Source: Lama guanicoe (Eukaryota). From it: 64,000 nt of DNA. Both the position numbers and the translations under genes were made by a program. The stretch is taken from positions 19,362,819 through 19,426,818 of the forward strand of contig MU054323.1 of NCBI GenBank assembly GCA_013239625.1. The letters are read 5' to 3'. The notes under the pieces were generated by a model. The model was not told the DNA's origin, made no database searches, and saw only the letters and a list, made by a program, of their open reading frames with translations. This document shows, one piece after another, positions 60,790 to 64,000 of this stretch. Within the stretch, counting starts at the first letter, position 1; each line of letters begins with the position of its first letter.

Positions 60790-62279
60790 TGTCTACTTTA
60801 TCTTATTTACTCATTTTAAAAGGTGGCCTGTTTTATTATCTATTCTTGGCTTGAGCGTTGGAAATCAATAAGCATGTGATTGAGAAAACATTAGCAACAT
60901 AGGGACTGGAACTGAAATGACCACTATCAGGCAATCCCAAAATAATCAAACTAATGTCTTTGTTCTTTAATTCAAATGTAACATTTTACTAACTGCTTTA
61001 TGATTAAAATGTTCCTTTGAAACTAAATTAATTTTTCTCCTCTTCACAAGATCACAGATGATGAGGATTTTATTTACAGCCTGCCAAAATTACCCATCTA
61101 CATAGCACTGACCACCCTCTGAATAGTGACACTTTTGTTGATGAAGCTTAATGTCCTATTAAGAATTAAGCATGAGAAACTATGTGTATCTAAATCAATA
61201 AATAAAAGAAACAAGTGACTTTGATGGAATTACCTAAAACAGATATTTTTTTTAAAAGATGAAATCGGAAGACAGAGCATCCTTTCCTGACTCTTGTTGA
61301 AGGAAGCCAGCTCACACCCACTGAACAGTACAGGGAACTCATTAAAACTTATCCCACTTGCCTTTGTTCCCCAAATTTGTCTGAGTTAGTTCCCACTTCC
61401 TTGTTTTACTACTTCTTACTCTGAGCTTTCTGGGCACCTCAGTTCCTCTGCAGCCCCCCACACCCCACACACTTACATATCACCCTTTTTTGACTCCATG
61501 TCTCAGGCCAAATTTTCCACCCAACCTTTTATCAGCTATCCCAGTTGAGACTCACTGCTTGGACTATTACAGGATATAACTTCCATCTGTTCTGGGCACC
61601 TGAGTGTTTCCACAAATAAGAGTGTTTTCCCAGCCCCAGAGGAAGCACTGGCTGAATCATCACACCCCATTCCCTCAAGTTGGGGGGTGTGGGTGGGGTG
61701 AGGAGGTCAACGGCTGATTACTAAATTTGTTAAGGGGCATAATTTGCAAAGATCAGGATGACACAAGAAAGAAAGAAATGTGAGATTAGGAAAGAAAAAA
61801 TAGAATTATTAATACATATATTTAGTACTGGTAAACCCATAACGGCAGGTCTAATTTTTACTGCAAAATAAAAGGACATAAAGAATTTGGAGATGATGCA
61901 GAGGCTCACGGATATTTTAGTGTTTTTCCTTAAACATTTTCTAAATCTGGCCTACATTTGGAAAAAGAAAAATTATCTTCTTAGTATATCTGCTTTTTTA
62001 CTCAGTAACTTCTAGACCCTCCCCAAACAAAATCATAAGAACTCTGCAAGTCCTACTTCTCTTTGTTCAATCTTATTTACATTATTCTAAATCATATTAT
62101 TTACACAGATTATTGAATAAGTGCAAAAGAATACTTGTAGGCAGGATACACAGGAATACTCAGGCTGCTACCTGCCCCTAGCTTAAAAAATAAAACATGG
62201 CCAGTCATTTGATGTTCCTGCATGCTTTCATGTGATCTCCCAGTTGCTGTGAGCCCTGCAGCCTTGCTCCCAAGAATTT

Positions 62280-64000
62280 TGAGTTTATTAATCCCATACT
62301 TTGTGGTTTTATCACATATGGTTGTAGCATGACAATGTAGTATTTAGTTTGCATTATTTGAACTTTATACAAATGGTGTAGTAATTCTGCAAATTGTCTG
62401 TTTACTTTAAAATTATTATTCATACAGGTTGACTCATATAGCTGAAATTCATTATCAGTTCTGCATTTTGTTTTACTATGTGAATACAGCAACTGCCCAT
62501 TCAGTTGAACAATTGAATTGCTTAAAATGTTTGCAGTTACAAACATTGCAGATACAAACATTCTTGGTTCACATGTGCAAGAGTTTCTCTCAGGCACATG
62601 CCTAGAAGTGAAAGCTCTGGGTCATGAGGTTAGCACAGGTCTTTAAATTTACAAGATCACATCAGTGGTTTTCCAAAGAGGGCTTATCAACGTATTCAGT
62701 CTGTCAATTATTGAAAGATATGTGTTAAAATATTCCACAGTGATAGTGGATTTGACAGATTCTACTTGTAGTTTTGTCATGTATGTTTGTGTCTTTAAGT
62801 TCATAGAAGTTTTGAACTATTACAACTTGCTAGTGACTTGACACTTTATTATGTAGTAATTTTTTATGTCTCTGTAGTACATTATTTGAACATTATATCT
62901 TAAAGTTTACTTGGTACAGTATTAATATAGCTTCTTTGTCACTCTTTTTGTTAGCATTAGCCTCCTGTATGATTTTGTCAACCTTTTACTTCCAACATTT
63001 CATGCCCTTATGTTTTGGGTGTATATCTTGTAAAAAAAATCCTGTATCTTGACTTTTTATATAATCTGAAATAGTTGCTTTTTAACTGAAAATTTTAATC
63101 AATGTACAATTATTATTATTTCTTCCTCTCCAATTCTATTCCTTTAATTTATTTTAAAAATATTTTAGTATGCTATTTATTTCTGCCTTCTCTCCTTTTT
63201 TTCTCCTTTCTCAGTTTTGCCAAATGTTTTTCTTGTTTTTAATTCAGTTCCTTGCTTATTATCTCTACTGTGTCTTTGTTTTCTAGTTCATTAATTTTTT
63301 TGCTGTTGTCTCCATTATTTCCTCTTTAGATTGTTTTCATCCTTTTAATATCTTAAGTCATATCCTTAGCTCATTAATTTTCAACACTTATTTTTCTCTA
63401 ATATAAATATTTAAAGCTAAAATTTTTCTCAAAATATTACTTGTATTGCCTTCCATGTTTTATAGGAAGCATTTTTATTTTCTTTCAGTTCTTACTATTT
63501 ATCCTTAATATCCATTATGATCATTATGATTTTCCTTGATTTTTGAGTAATTTAGAAATTTATTTTAACTCACAGATATTAAGAAAATTTTTATTTAGCC
63601 TTTTATTTTTCAGCTCTGACTTAATTACATTGTGGTCCGAGATTTTGGGCAGAACAATAACTTTGAAATTTGATGGAAACTTGCTCCATTACCTTATTAT
63701 AATTATAATCAATTTTTATAAGTGCTCCATCTATAAAAGTTTGAGAAGCATGTGTATTTTCTAATGTTGGATACAGAATTCTGTAGAAGTCCATTAAATT
63801 AACTTTGCACTTGTCTGTTCTAATCTTATAAAAAGTTTGCTTATTTTATGTCTGTTTTCCTTCAATAATGCACAGAGGTATGGAATTCCTCACTATGATG
63901 GTGGGGAGTTTGTCAGTTCACATATATTTTGAGGCTACTTAATTAGTTGCACACTTATTTAGAATTGTCATATTTTCCTAATGAAACCAAACTTTTCTCA
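62280..64000 (-). mobile_element. Ancient L1M fragments
   Basis: T-rich antisense L1 text (gagtttctctcaggcacatgcctagaagtgaaagctctgggtcat; ctgtcaattattgaaagatatgtgttaaaa; ttaattacattgtggtccgag). Confidence 0.75.

Noticed and set aside
1..64000. Intronic snoRNA or miRNA genes
   Set aside because: No C/D or H/ACA box arrangement with a terminal stem and no long hairpin recognised by eye. An Infernal/Rfam scan would be needed to exclude them.

Overview
Mammalian genomic DNA, most likely camelid (three tRNA-Ala(AGC)-derived SINEs of the vic-1 type). It is AT-rich, repeat-dense and contains no protein-coding gene I can recognise. The mostly + strand L1 insertions and several minus-strand splice-site pairs suggest the window lies inside a large intron of an unidentified minus-strand gene. 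Most of it is ordinary repeat content: L1, L2, L3/CR1, MIR, MaLR/ERV LTRs and a hAT MITE. The notable parts are: (i) a CpG-rich, tail-less, intronless ZNF177-like KRAB retrocopy (about 56.1-57.4 kb, minus) bounded by strong splice sites and lying downstream of a young co-oriented solo LTR; (ii) an exact 497-bp head-to-tail duplication whose only 5 differences cluster in 51 bp; (iii) an L1 nested in an L1 with both target-site duplications readable; (iv) an L1 with both ends present but the RT domain deleted; (v) candidate minus-strand exons, including a 21-nt microexon and a short ATG-bearing first exon. I see no prokaryotic, CRISPR or defence-type system. Repeat subfamily names come from recalled consensus similarity, not from a database search, and the boundaries of old repeats are approximate.
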